Assembly (NCBI GenBank): GCA_026026165.1
Contig: JAPEUD010000010.1
Location: 186,001-250,000, forward strand
DNA from: Sarea resinae
Lineage: Eukaryota
DNA: 64,000 nt
Direction: 5' to 3'
Notes under the pieces: model-generated
Seen by the model: the letters and a program-made list of their open reading frames with translations, nothing else
Told to the model about the DNA's origin: nothing
Database searches by the model: none
Position numbers and translations under genes: made by a program
Shown here: positions 36,449 to 48,634 of the stretch, piece after piece
How positions within the stretch are numbered: position 1 is the first letter of the stretch
Layout: the number at the start of each line of letters is the position of its first letter

Positions 36449-38368
36449 TTATGTCGCCAATGTTTTTAAATTGTGAGTGTACTTAGGAGATGAACGTTTT
36501 TCGGAGCTGGAGTCAAAAGAGACATAGCCCCCACTTGTCATATATCCCACATTCTCCGGAAGGAAGGCCTGATACTTCTGGATGATGTCTGGGAGCTGGC
36601 GTCTTTCCCATGCGAGCGCCGAGGCCACCGAGGACACCCTCCAGCGTCTATTCGTGAGAAGGATGCGCACCCAGCGCTTCATGTAGGCTTCGTCACGACG
36701 CTGAACAAGACGCGCCAACTTCATCTCCTCGTAGAGCTGTGAATGCGCGATTTGTAGATGCGACATTCCGGTGCTATAATCTTGAAAGAGTTCCGACGTG
36801 TTGCGACTGGCATTGGCATTCGATTCGCGAAGCCTCTGCGAGTGCTTGTATCGACTGAGGACTTGACGGTAGTTCAGGAAGGATGAGATGTAGAGTTTTC
36901 GGGCATCTTCGAGTTGTTCCTGATACAGGTCCCATTGTTGACGGCGAAAGAGATTCTTGAGATAGAAATTGTACAGGCGCATTGTGGGTTTGACCTCGTA
37001 TGGCTTGGAGGTCATCGTCTGCCACAACTTTTCCACGGCTTCCATCGGCAGCCGGCCAGTATTTAGGCTATCGAGTTCTCGGGCCCTAGGCCGAGGGACG
37101 GAGAGAACAAAGGTCCATTCAAGTAGTTGAGACCATGCCGCAATCGGTATTTCTATTGAATACTGCCGTGACACATAATCCATGACTCGAAGTGCAATTG
37201 GAATCTGATTGTTTGTGCCAAAGACGTGGGCGATGGTGAACAACAGGTGTGAGCGAGGGAATAATGGGTCGAATATATGGTTTCTCGTGACAGGTTCCAG
37301 AGCATCTTCCTCTCCACTTATCAATCCATCCACATCGATGTTCCAGACTCTCTTCATGACCGACTTCACTCCGCTTATGTCGCCTGCTCTCCCCATAGAG
37401 ATCATTACTAGCGTGTACGTCCTTTCGTCGCGCTCCAATCCTTGATTGGCCATCTGAGTCACAATGCGAGAAACTTCTGACCGGAGTTGTGATCTACTAG
37501 AGCTGAGGCCTTGCTCCTTCTGCTCCATTGCTTTTCTCTTGATAGCATTGAAGGGAATCACCCTAAGCGACTGACGACGATCCGGAAGATATTCCCCAGA
37601 CCAGCACAGTGCTTCCATGAGATAATTGTAGCAGTCCGCGTCGGGCACCACACCGTCTCGCCACATGTCCGTCCACAATCCTCTAGCTGCCACCCCGTCT
37701 CCAAGGACACGGGTGGAATTGAGCAGCAACTTGTAGTCGGCGAGGCGGAGATGCACGCCCGCTTGACGTCTGATTCTTGTTATCCTTTTGATGTCGTCGA
37801 GATGTCGCTGGAACTGCCTCACTAAACGTTCAGTGCCAAGTTGTCGCGCAGTAGCAGAGCTCATGCTCTGGTGAAGATCCCGGTAAGGAACCATGAGATA
37901 TTCCGGATCGAATAATCGAAGAATCTCGGTAAAAGTCGTCGCTGGTAACGATTTGATCAACTTCGCATCTCTTGAGACCTCTGACAAGGTTCTAAATAGT
38001 CTCCAGGGATCCTTATGCCGAAGATGCTCGAGAAGCTCGGATCGCATCTCCTGCCGCTGCTCATTCGTTAGATCCCGAGTTTTGGGTGAAGTGAAGCCTC
38101 GTTTGGGGCTGTCATCGTCCCCAGGTATGGGATCTCCCTCGACCAGAGCCACATTCGAGAAGGGTCGAGAGGGTCGTAAGGGTATCAATGGTGACCTTCT
38201 GGCGATAGGCATCGGCTCACGAGCCGACGAGTGTGCACTTCTCCGTTGACTTCCTTGCGTGCGGCATCGCCAACAGCGCCAAGGAAGTGCCCCATTATCA
38301 CCTCGTAAGCATGCTTTGAAGACGAGCCGAGACTCGATCGCCTCGAGACCAGGGAGGAGGGCGGACAT
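36449..38368 (-). CDS. AEP2: Mitochondrial ATPase expression protein 2 (Aep2/Atp13), PPR protein
   Basis: PPR-like repeats (GVVPDADCYNYLMEAL; DERTYTLVMISMGRAGDISGV) and ATP13-domain segment LLFTIAHVFGTNNQIPIALRVMDYVSRQYSIEIP..WSQLLEW. Arg-rich presequence. Start at 38368 is inferred. Confidence 0.8.
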   Translation of the reverse strand: MSALLPGLEAIESRLVFKACLRGDNGALPWRCWRCRTQGSQRRSAHSSAREPMPIARRSPLIPLRPSRPFSNVALVEGDPIPGDDDSPKRGFTSPKTRDLTNEQRQEMRSELLEHLRHKDPWRLFRTLSEVSRDAKLIKSLPATTFTEILRLFDPEYLMVPYRDLHQSMSSATARQLGTERLVRQFQRHLDDIKRITRIRRQAGVHLRLADYKLLLNSTRVLGDGVAARGLWTDMWRDGVVPDADCYNYLMEALCWSGEYLPDRRQSLRVIPFNAIKRKAMEQKEQGLSSSRSQLRSEVSRIVTQMANQGLERDERTYTLVMISMGRAGDISGVKSVMKRVWNIDVDGLISGEEDALEPVTRNHIFDPLFPRSHLLFTIAHVFGTNNQIPIALRVMDYVSRQYSIEIPIAAWSQLLEWTFVLSVPRPRARELDSLNTGRLPMEAVEKLWQTMTSKPYEVKPTMRLYNFYLKNLFRRQQWDLYQEQLEDARKLYISSFLNYRQVLSRYKHSQRLRESNANASRNTSELFQDYSTGMSHLQIAHSQLYEEMKLARLVQRRDEAYMKRWVRILLTNRRWRVSSVASALAWERRQLPDIIQKYQAFLPENVGYMTSGGYVSFDSSSEKRSSPKYTHNLKTLAT

Positions 38369-38623
38369 AAAACAGTCACAGGAGGAATGAGATGTAAGTT
38401 GACCGAACAAGACAGCTCCACTACTCCCAGACTTTTTTGGATCAATACGCCGTGACGCGAAAGAGAAAGAGAAAGCTCTCCCAAATAGATCACCGGCTGT
38501 TACCCTGCTGGTATCGCGTACCTGAAGGCGCGGTACGTACCCGCGTAGCCTCTTGCAGCCCTTCATAGCTCGCCGTCTCATTGATGATTTTGAATTTGCG
38601 ACTCCATTTGAATTCCACACGCC

Positions 38624-39117
38624 ATGGCTGAAGCTGATGATGGAGCGTCTGCTCCCGTCTCGGAGCCTCTCGATCTTGTCCGATTGTCCCTCGATGAGAT
38701 TGTCTTTGTGAAGCTGAGAGGGGACCGGGAGCTCAAAGGTCGCTTGCATGTCAGTGCTAACCTCTCTCTCCGGCTTGCGCGCAAACAGGACCTTGAGAAA
38801 GCTGGAATGTCTCTGTTGCTAACGGCATGTCTGGTACAGGCCTACGATAGCCACTGCAACCTAGTCCTAGGAGATGTGGAGGAGACGGTGTATGTGGTCG
38901 AAGAAGACGATGAAGAGGAGACAGTAAAGGTAAGTGCTGAGCTATGCGAGTACATGCACACTCTAACGGCGCCTCAGACTGTCAGAAAACAATCCGAGAT
39001 GTTGTTCGTTCGAGGTAAGAAGCCTGCCAATATGGATCGATGGGAGAGCAGATTGGCTCATCATGAGTGGCATCAGGAGACTCTGTGGTACTCATATCAC
39101 CGCAAGCCCCTTCATGA
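38624..39117 (+). CDS. LSM3: U6 snRNA-associated Sm-like protein Lsm3
   Basis: [45 protein letters not shown]..|[21 protein letters not shown]. Introns 38750-38839, 38930-38977 and 39015-39076. Confidence 0.96.
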
Positions 39118-39738
39118 CGCATCGAGAACGCTACGCAATATGAGAGCCATGAGATCGGTGCTTTACGACCAAACACTTACGTGGGGGATTTGAGAGGGCA
39201 GGGACTGGCCAAGCCGACGAGGCTGATCAGATGCGACGCTTGAAAATGAAATAGGCGCGCGCCAGGCTGAGCGAGGAGTGGGGAAGACGGAGATGATCTC
39301 TATCGAAATAGCCACAAAGTGAATGGGGAAGGCGTAAAACGAACAGGAATCTAATCCCATCCAAGCTGTATTCTATTGTCTTCGACGTTCGTGACTCAAT
39401 TGATAGCCCTGTCTCTGATATTCAATTCCGGGCTAGCCTTCACGCTGTCGCTTTGCTCTGCGTCACGATCTGGCTCGCTTGGGGTTATCGATAACCCCCG
39501 GGTCTGGCGCATAGAGTTCGAGTCATCCAACTCGACATGTAATGAATGCTTCTCCAATCCTACAAATAGTCTCCCAATCCTCACCCTACTGTAGGATCAC
39601 TATCGCTGAATCCATATCGATGATAGTCTCTAGTCTCCATGACTTCTCTTGTTTCCTTACACTACATATCCTCATGACAGCTCTCATGCGATAAAGTACC
39701 TTGTTGTTATTGAATCAAATACTAGGAGACGTACCACG

Positions 39739-42053
39739 ATGGCCAGCAGAGGTCCGAAGCAGTCCCTTCACGATCGGCGTAAGGGTGAGACTGTATGTTT
39801 GTGCACTGTTCTTTGCTCTGGCATAGCTGCAGGACTCTACTGACCTGCGTAGGCCTTGAGTGACTTCACCGACTTTGTCAATAAAGAGCAGGCAAAGCGT
39901 CAACTAGCCCCGGGTCAAGGGGATTCTACGAACCGCAGTAAACCTACATCTCCGGAGGACCATGCCGAGCTCTCGATCATTGATTCGTTAGGTCTGGCGG
40001 AGAGCAACACTCATATTCCACTCAAGTCCCTATTACTCGAGGATTTGGTCGACGGCAAGGAGAGTCTTCCGCAGCTGGCAGAGCTCCTGCAGAGGCGAAT
40101 AGATGAGGGGCATGGCGAGACATTATTTGACTTGGGGCTGGAGGATAACAGGGAGTCTATGATGTTTTCAAAGGAACAGTGGGATCTGGCTTTAAATCGA
40201 TTACGACAGGCGGCAAAATCACTCGATGCCGATTGTCGAGTGCTGATGACACACAATGTCGGAGGTGACGAGGAGACTGATTTTATGAATGAGAAAGAGA
40301 AAGGGTCAAGCGGGAAGGTCATGATACGTCAGAAACCATCTACCGTGGAGGAGGTCATTGAGACAAGAATAGCGGTTGTCGGAAATGGTACCGCAATCGA
40401 CCTTGAAGTTTCTGGATGTTAAGCTAAGAATTGCGAACAGTTGATGCAGGTAAAAGCACCATGTTAGGAGTGCTAGTCAAAGGAGGCTTGGATGATGGAA
40501 GAGGGAAAGCTCGAGTAAACCTCTTCCGGCACAAGCATGAAATCGAGAGTGGTCGAACCAGTTCCGTCAGCATGGAGATAATGGGGTTCGATACCCATGG
40601 CGAGGTCGTGGCTTCGAACGTCCCAGGCAGGAAATTGTCGTGGGAAGAGATTGGAAAGCGCTCTGTACGATCCAAGGCAATGTTCGGTGTAACTCTTACT
40701 GATTCAAGCAGGCCAAAGTCATCAGCTTCACCGACTTAGCTGGACACGAGCGATATCTGCGAACCACGGTGTTTGGGCTGCTCAGTAGTGAGCCAAATTA
40801 CTGTCTTCTTATGGTTGCTGCCAATAACGGGTTGGTCGGGATGAGCAAGTCAGTATCACCTTTTATCTAGCACCAATCTGCAGAACTCATATCTTTCTAG
40901 AGAGCATCTCGGCATTGCCCTGGCGCTGAACGTACCAGTCATGGTGGTCATAACCAAAATCGACATCTGTCCTCCTCAGATTCTTCAACAGACCATCACT
41001 CAATTGACTCGAATACTCAAATCTCCCGGGGCCCGCAAAATCCCAATCTTCATTAAAAATCGGGATGAGTGCATAAACACAGCGGTTAGCCCTTTTTCTA
41101 ATATGAGTTGCGAGTCCGCCGCTAATCATTGAGAGAATTAGACTCAGTTTGTTAGTCAACGGATATGTCCCGTCTTCCAAGTCTCAAACGTCACGGGTGA
41201 CAATCTGGATCTCGTTCGGACCTTCTTGAACATACTTCCCCATCACGGAAACTACAATGCCCAAGCCCCTTTTGAATTTCATGTCAACGACACTTTTTCT
41301 GTTCCATTCGTCGGCACTGTCGTATCTGGAGTGGTCAAGAGCGGTATGACTCCTGAGCGATCCACATCCCCAATCTAAAGAATCGAACGTTTTCTGATCA
41401 AGTTTCATGCTTCTCATAGGGGTGGTTCATGCAGGGGACACAATACTCATCGGGCCAGACTCTCTGGGACAGTTTCAGACAACGTCCATCCGATCGATCG
41501 AGCGCAAAAGAATTCCCGTCCCAGTCTGTTCAGCTGGGCAATCGGCCTCTTTCGCGCTCAAACGTGTGAGACGGAAGGAGGTGCGCAAGGGTATGGTAGT
41601 ACTCACAAAAATGGATCATCCACCCAAGGTATATCGTGAATTTGTTGCTGAAGGTAGGCATATGTCTCTCTTTCCCTGCGAATATGCCAATGTGGTTCAA
41701 GACTGCGGTAAGTGGTGGTACTAATACACGGCTTCTTAGTGCTCATCCTCTCCCACGCAACAACGATCAAAACAAAGTACCAAGCCATGCTGCATGTAGG
41801 CCCTGTATCGCAAACCTGCGCAATAATCGATATAGACCGCTCTTTCATTCGCACCGGCGATCGAGCGCTGGTGGCTTTCCGTTTCGTCCAAAGGCCGGAG
41901 TATCTCGCCATTGGCGATCGGATCTTGTTTCGTGAGGGGAGAACCAAGGGCTTGGGGATCGTGAAGTCGGTTGGCTATGACCCCTCGAAACCTCTAAATC
42001 CCGAGGCTGCAAAGGAGAAAGAGGAGGAGGGGCAAAGGATCCAGGTAGGCTGA
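39739..42053 (+). CDS. GTP-binding protein 1 (GTPBP1-like translational GTPase), about 8 exons
   Basis: [111 protein letters not shown]. Confidence 0.93.
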
Positions 42054-42648
42054 GAGGCTTCACGTAGCTTCTATCCTTCGCTCTTGGAATTGGATGGTAT
42101 TCATAGCGGCAGCGCAATGCCAAAGGTGATCGGGAGTCTGGGTTTTCTTTTCCCACTTTGTTTACTACTCCTTTGGGCTTACGGGGTTGCTTTTCGAATA
42201 CTTTGCATTAGCGGTGCATGGATAGCAGCTGTACTGGGAGGCTTAACAATCCAGGTAATTGGCATACGAGATAATGTGCAATTACTCACTGGGAATTCTT
42301 GCACATCTCACGGGAAGGCGATTAGAGAAATCAAAAAATCGAAAATCACAAGATAAAATGTGTGCCGCCATGCGGAGTAAAAGGTTGCTGGGCCATGTCA
42401 ACAAGTCACAAATGATTACCCGGATACCAGGTACAAATTCGTCTTTCCTCCCCGCCACAGCAGGGATCTTGCACCAGAGCTCAATCCAAGACTCCAAATA
42501 TCTATCGCGTCTGCAGATAACAATCTCCGTGAATCTCATGGATGAGCAACGAAACACCGTAACGCGGTCCTGCAGCCATCCAACGGTAGCCTCGTAGGCA
42601 TTTTCATCTCTTTACTCTTCCTTTTTTGCCCTCACATCCAAGCCAACC

Positions 42649-44031
42649 ATGCCGTCCGACGACCTGGCTCAGCATGCGACCTCTTCGCATGACTTCTATG
42701 CCCTCCTCGGCGTTACTTCTACCACGCCCGAATCCGACATTCGCCGCGCATACCGCAAGACAGCCCTGAAATACCATCCAGACAAGAACGCCGATAATCC
42801 AGCCGCGGTCGAGACCTTCCACCTCCTCCAAATCGCCTACGATGTCCTGTCCGATCCAGCCGCCAAGGTCGCCTACGACAATGCGCGGGCGGCGCGGGTG
42901 CAGAAACAGAGACAGGATGACCTGCTGCAGGGGCGCAGGCGGCAGATGAAGGAGGATCTGGAGATGAGGGAGCGCGGGTTCAAGAGGAAGAGAGACGAAG
43001 AGGTTGATGCCGAGGAGGCGCTCGCGAGGGAGATTAGACGTCTGGCCGAGGACGGGAAGAGGAGGAGGCGGGAGCGAGAGGAGAAGCTTCGAAGAGATCA
43101 GCTGGAGGAGGAGGAAAGGCTGGATCAGAGACTTCATGGCAATGGCGACAACACTGTTTCTTCAGGTGGTGACTCCAATGCGCCGCCCCCAGCACAACAA
43201 GGCGGAACCACGGTCCCTGAAATCGATCGCACGATCAAAGTGCGCTGGATAAGAGACGAAAGTGGTCCGGGCTCCACCATCGACAAAGACAGGCTCACCA
43301 CGCTCTTTTCCACTTTTGGACCCGTCGAGAACGCCTTCCTACTGAAAGACAAGAAGACGCGCGTCGGCGAGCGGCGCGAGAAGAAAATCATGGCTACGGG
43401 GGTCGTGGTATTTGCGTCTATTGTTGGCGCGCATGCCGCGGTCGAGGATGTGAAGAAGCAGCCGGGCGACATATGGAGGGTGTTTGAGTCTGTCTTTTGG
43501 GCGGCGGGCAAGGAGCCTGATCTGGCTGTTTTTGGGATGTTCGGAGGGGCAGCGGAAAAGGAGGACGGTGGGGCGCAGAGGCAGCGGCAACAACAACAGC
43601 ATCAACATGAGCAGAGAAGACCAGGCTCTTCATCTCCACCGCTCAATACCTCGTCCTCCATCTTCTCCACCCCAGCCACACCATCCACACCGCTCCCTTC
43701 GTCCAAAAAGCGAGGTCACCAATTCCCAGGCCTCAACACCACGCCCTCGACGCCATTCACCCCACCCACAGCAAATAACAACAGCGACAACGACAGCAGC
43801 AATAACAACCCGCTCAAACGCGTCCCCTCGTTCGCGTCGTTTTCCTCGGCCACGTTCAGCACCCCCAAACGGGACTCCCCCTTTGGCAAAACCCAGCCCT
43901 TCAGCACCGGCAGTCCCAGCCTCGAGGAGATTACGTTGATCCGGCTTAAGAATGCAGAAAAGCGGCGCTTGGAGGAGGAGATCAGACGGCAGGACGCTAG
44001 TGTCGAGGCTACTGCTGAGGGGGCGGATTGA
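42649..44031 (+). CDS. CWC23: Spliceosomal J-domain protein Cwc23 (DNAJC17-like; J domain, coiled coil, RRM)
   Basis: DFYALLGV..IRRAYRKTALKYHPDKN, RRRQMKEDLEMRER, IRRLAEDGKRR, DRTIKVRW, LFSTFGPVE, SLEEITLIRLKNAEKRRLEEEIR. Confidence 0.88.
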   Translation: MPSDDLAQHATSSHDFYALLGVTSTTPESDIRRAYRKTALKYHPDKNADNPAAVETFHLLQIAYDVLSDPAAKVAYDNARAARVQKQRQDDLLQGRRRQMKEDLEMRERGFKRKRDEEVDAEEALAREIRRLAEDGKRRRREREEKLRRDQLEEEERLDQRLHGNGDNTVSSGGDSNAPPPAQQGGTTVPEIDRTIKVRWIRDESGPGSTIDKDRLTTLFSTFGPVENAFLLKDKKTRVGERREKKIMATGVVVFASIVGAHAAVEDVKKQPGDIWRVFESVFWAAGKEPDLAVFGMFGGAAEKEDGGAQRQRQQQQHQHEQRRPGSSSPPLNTSSSIFSTPATPSTPLPSSKKRGHQFPGLNTTPSTPFTPPTANNNSDNDSSNNNPLKRVPSFASFSSATFSTPKRDSPFGKTQPFSTGSPSLEEITLIRLKNAEKRRLEEEIRRQDASVEATAEGAD

Positions 44032-44599
44032 AGTACAACGATACATGGAAACAGAGCGGACAGGAGACCGAGTCAAGAATGAAGGAGTCAATAATGAAGA
44101 AGAGACCATCATCCGTCAATCCATCCATCCGTCTATCTTTTTATCCGTCAATTACTCTATCCCCGCCATGGATATACACACTATCATATACATCCTTTGG
44201 TCTACGGGATTCATATATTCTCCACGATGCCCCTTGCCACACTCTTCGTCTCCTCTCTTCTCATTATTCAACACTTCGATGCATCAACACATCAATCCTT
44301 CACTACTTCGATGCTTCTTCGATATCACATAATCACAACCTCACCAGCCTCCGCCCGCTTTTTCTTTCCTTTCCTTCCTTTCCAATCTTCTTGTCTCGTT
44401 CAGTCCCCCGTTTCAGCGATGGCGTTTCACAGGCCCGACAGGCTGATGGGCCGGCGTTCCGAGTTCCGAATTCCCGTTTCCCATTCCCCGTTTTCGCTTT
44501 TCCTCCTTCAAATCGACTTTGACGTCTGGTCTGCTCTCGTCTGCTCAGTCCCAGGGCTCACTCCGAGTGAGGGGGAGAGGGGGGAGTCGAGTCAAGAGT

Positions 44600-46000
44600 C
44601 AGATTAGGCGTGTGTATATATATATATAAAAATATACTATACTAGCTACTACCACCATGTCCACCTCCCAACCTCTGCACCTTGCGTTGCCTTGCCTTGC
44701 CTCCTTCGTTAGACACATTGGAAAAAGGAGACTAACGAGTACAATGAGCTCTCTCCCTCTCTCTCCCCTCTCCCTGTTCTCGGTGTATGTATGTGTATGT
44801 ACGTGTATACGTAGGTGTGTATGTATATGTAAGTATACATCACGAACAGAAAGGCCCAAGCCATATGAGAAGTGAGAGTCAAGTTCCAGCACGTGAACGC
44901 ACTCACTCACTTACTCACCTGCCTAGATGACAGACACCACCGACACCCAAAACACCAAAGTCACCAAAATCACCAAACAAACGAGCCAGAAGCCGATGTG
45001 GAATGAATGAACTGATGGATGGGATCAGGGAATACTCACGACAACAGGAGATAGGGCATAGCAGAGTATGAGAACGTACGGGAGGAGTATCAACACGCCT
45101 AGGAGAACGTGGAAACGTGGAAACGTGGGTAGAAGAGAGGTGGTGGTGGATGAAGAGGAGGAGGGATAAGAGTGTGCGTGTATGCGTGTATGCGTGTATG
45201 TGTGCATGCTTGGTCTGATATGATAGGTAGTATCGGATCGGATCTGATCGGATCGTATTGTATTGTATTGTATTGTGTCGTATTGTATCGTATCGGATCA
45301 GATCTGAAAAGAAAAGAAAAGAAATGATACAATAGGACAGCATATGGTTGGATCTATTACTGTTTCTGGGGTTTCTAGATTTCTAGGTTCCTAGGTTCCT
45401 GGGTTTTCTCTTTGCTCTTCATGACGGGGACGTTTTCGTTTTGTTGATCAACAGGAGGACTTGCTATTATCTGTGCTGTTAATGGTGCTGTTATTGGAGT
45501 TGAGAGTTGGCGTTTTGAGGTTACCGTTGGGTTAGAGTTGCTATTGGTGGTGGTGGTGTTCTTGGTACTAGTACTGCTAGGGTTCAGGCTACTGGTATAA
45601 AACTGCTGTTAGGGTTGCTGTTTATGTTGATGCTGGTTTAATGTTGCTATTCCCATCACTATTGCAATAGATACGAGAGTGGACGTGAGATTTCCGATTG
45701 AGAGATCAGAGATTTAGAGGTTCAGAGATTTAGAGGTTCAAAGGGTCAGAGGGTTAGAGGTTAAGAGGGAGTTAGGAGGAGGGATTAGAGGGTGAGAGAG
45801 AGAGGCGGGAGGCAAAGTTAGAGGGGTTTGGGGGCTAGTATGAATAGAGAATAAAGAGGAGAGAGGAGAGAGAGGAGAGAGGAGAGAGGAGAGAGAGGAG
45901 AGAGGAGAGAGGAGAGAGAGGAGAGAGGAGAGAGGAGAGACGGTTAACCAACCGGACTTTTTGGATATTACTATTCAATTCTTTCATTTATTCTTTCTCT
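44600..46000. repeat. Microsatellite island 4
   Basis: (AT)n at 44615, (GTAT)n at about 44784-44835, (GCGTGTAT)n at about 45175, (ATTGT)n at 45256-45290, (GAAAA)n at 45306, degenerate TTAGAGG tract at 45710-45830, (GAGAG)n at 45856-45940. Confidence 0.9.
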
Positions 46001-46020
46001 CTGGCTGAAGCTAGGGATAC

Positions 46021-47511
46021 TCACGCTCGCTCTTCGTCCTGCTTCAGCGCCGTCGGATTCGGCTCGGGAGAAGACGAGGATTGCAACGACGACGAAGAAG
46101 AAGAAGAGTGGTTCTTGAACCCGCCACCCCTGGGATGCCAACTCGGCACAAACGCCTTGATCCGGACCTCGTGCTCCTCCCTCTCCCCCTTCCTCTCCTC
46201 CGCCCTCTGCTCCTCTTCCGAACCCACTTGCCCACGCCCACGCCCATGCTCTTGCTCGTGTGGGGCGCCCTCCCCAGTTTCACCACTACTACCATAAGCG
46301 TCGGACGACCACGAGAGCTTAAACTCCGTGCCCGGCGCCCACTGGCCCGTCTCGCCCGTCAGCACAATGTCCGTCATCATCTCCAGCCGACACAGCGCGA
46401 GCCCGACATTGCCGACCCCGGCGATGTATTTCCCCGTACTGCGTCCGCGCGCATTCACCCGCGAGATGTTGGTCCCCTGGGGCGGCAGCGACAGTCGTGA
46501 CGAGGTGGAAGGGTCGTACTGGAGTTGTAGCTCCTCGGCACTGCTGCTGCTGCTGCTGCTCGACTTCCCGCCTGGCGAAGTGCCAGAAGAGAGAGCCGAC
46601 GAGTCGTAGAGCAAGACGGGAAGGATCCTCTTGCGCACCACGCCCGTGTGATGCGTGCGGATCGTCAGTTCCTGGCCCGTGTAGCAGCCTTTGCGAAAAT
46701 CGATCCCGCCCATGTAGTCAATGTTGCTCTCCTGTGGCAGGGAGGTCTCGCGCAGGATCTCGCGCTGGCCCTCTGCGACGCCGCGGAGCATGCGGCGGAT
46801 CGTGTAATCGGTGAGCGAGGCTTCCGGCGTGGCCGAGGTGGAGAGGATAGCGGGCCGGTCGGTGTGCGGGAGGAGGATGCGCTGGCCCATTCCTGGGGCA
46901 CGGGAGTCTGGGCAGCCGATCGTGTCAATGGTGTCTTTGTAGCCGGCGTCGGGGGAAGCGTTGCTGCTGCTGGGCTCGGGGGAGGAGGCAGGAGCAGCAT
47001 GAGGCGTCCACCTGTCCTGCTCGTTCCAGACGCTCCACACGTCCCACTCTCCAGGCTCAATGGCGCGAATGCTGACTTTGGCGCGGAGTTTGTGTCTCTT
47101 GAGGTGGGCCACCAGTTTGGAAGCTTCGGCGGCGTCGACCTCGATCATGTAGGCCGGCTCGTCCGGCGAGAGCGACGCGGGGAGGCTGTTCGTGTAGAGT
47201 GAGGAATGCGAGGACGGGTAGATGAAGACATCGTTGAGGACGCGGCCTTGCGCGTTGAGGAAAGCGGAGTAGAAGCCCGTCGTTTGACCCGGACGGATGT
47301 TGTTCGTTGTGATGCCTTGCAGGAAGCGGGAAGCGTCTTGGCCGTGCAAAGCGATGAGCCGCCGATTGCTCAGCTTTGTTGCCCCCGAGGACAGAGGGTG
47401 CGGCGGTAAGGCTGACGGCTTCGTGGAAGATGAATAGTTCCGCCGTGCTAGACACCGCAGGCAGACGGACGGGGCGGTCAGTTTGGGAGCCATGATCGTT
47501 GGCGTTGACAT
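46021..47511 (-). CDS. IBA57: Mitochondrial Fe-S assembly factor Iba57/Caf17 (YgfZ/GcvT family)
   Basis: Presequence CLRCLARRNYSS, RRLIALHGQDASRFLQGITTN, FLNAQGRVLNDVFIY, LPQESNIDYMGGIDFRKGCYTGQELTIRTHHTGVVRKRILP, GLALCRLE. Confidence 0.95.
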   Translation of the reverse strand: MSTPTIMAPKLTAPSVCLRCLARRNYSSSTKPSALPPHPLSSGATKLSNRRLIALHGQDASRFLQGITTNNIRPGQTTGFYSAFLNAQGRVLNDVFIYPSSHSSLYTNSLPASLSPDEPAYMIEVDAAEASKLVAHLKRHKLRAKVSIRAIEPGEWDVWSVWNEQDRWTPHAAPASSPEPSSSNASPDAGYKDTIDTIGCPDSRAPGMGQRILLPHTDRPAILSTSATPEASLTDYTIRRMLRGVAEGQREILRETSLPQESNIDYMGGIDFRKGCYTGQELTIRTHHTGVVRKRILPVLLYDSSALSSGTSPGGKSSSSSSSSAEELQLQYDPSTSSRLSLPPQGTNISRVNARGRSTGKYIAGVGNVGLALCRLEMMTDIVLTGETGQWAPGTEFKLSWSSDAYGSSGETGEGAPHEQEHGRGRGQVGSEEEQRAEERKGEREEHEVRIKAFVPSWHPRGGGFKNHSSSSSSSLQSSSSPEPNPTALKQDEERA

Positions 47512-47842
47512 TTCAGGGCGATCTCGAGATATTTTGACCCTCGGGCGGTGTTCGGTCGCTCATTGCATCATACCAGCCTAAACGAGACGGCATTACGGAG
47601 CGTCATTTCAACCACATATGCATTTCTTTATTGATATCGAGGAGGTGGAATGGCACAGATGCCTATTCGGTGCGTTCATTACTGACATGAACAGAAAACA
47701 AAGACACCAATACTCAAAGGACAGAAGGCACAGAAAGGCCAGTCCCAAAGACCGAATCGAGGAAAATTAGGGTAGGCCGTATCTGCTCGCGACAGAAGAT
47801 AGTATAGAAATCCGTGGCTATGACAATGCACACGACAGAAGC

Positions 47843-48634
47843 TCAATTCGAAAGAAAGGGCGCCTTTCCGACCCACTTCTCGTCTTGAATCTCTTGCACG
47901 ACCCATTTGACCATCGACTTCCGGCTCAGGGTCAGACTATCGTTCCCATCGCCGGTATACCCAGCTGTCACGTCGGCCACGGCACCATTGGTCAGGAATG
48001 GCACGCGGAAGATGGTCCATTTCAACCGGTCGACTGGCTGCGACGCGGTCAAGGCCGCGAACGACGTGATCTCTTCGTATGCCGAGCCACCAATCAATTT
48101 GATCAACATCACGACCCCCTTCCACTTGAGTCCACCTTTATCTTCGGGCACCGTGTACGAAGGTGTCGATAAGACGAGGACGCGCTTGAAGCCGTTCTCG
48201 AGCAAGAGCGGATAGAGCTGTTTGAGGCCATCGGTCACAGGCTGTGCCGATATGTCAGCCTTATCTCCGACAAGAGGCACGAGAAGGCTCGTCAACTGAC
48301 GGTGCCTTGATTGCCCTTGGCAGGTCCGGCAAAGGAGACGAAGACGGTGGCCCCGCACTTGGCGGCCTTTTCCAGGCCTTCGCGGTCATCGAGCTGGCCT
48401 GCAATGACGTCCACCTTGTCTGCAAGATCCTGGTCTAGCTTGGAGGCATTGCGAGCATAGATGGTGATCCTGTAGTTTTGCGCCAGTGCGGCGCGAACGA
48501 AGTCCTGTCCGGATGGGCCTGGCAACGATCAGACAGCCATCTCATCCAGTCTCTCGGAGAAATGTAGATTCATCCCCGACAGACGAGAAGTGAATCATAC
48601 CTGTGGCACCGATGACCAGGACGTGGAGAGACAT
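47843..48634 (-). CDS. NAD(P)-binding Rossmann-fold protein (NAD_binding_10 / flavin-reductase-like), 3 exons
   Basis: MSLHVLVIGATG|PSGQDFVRAAL..TIYARNASKL, GQLDD, LKWTIFRVPFLTNG, LSRKSMVKWV...WVGKAPFLSN. Confidence 0.85.
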
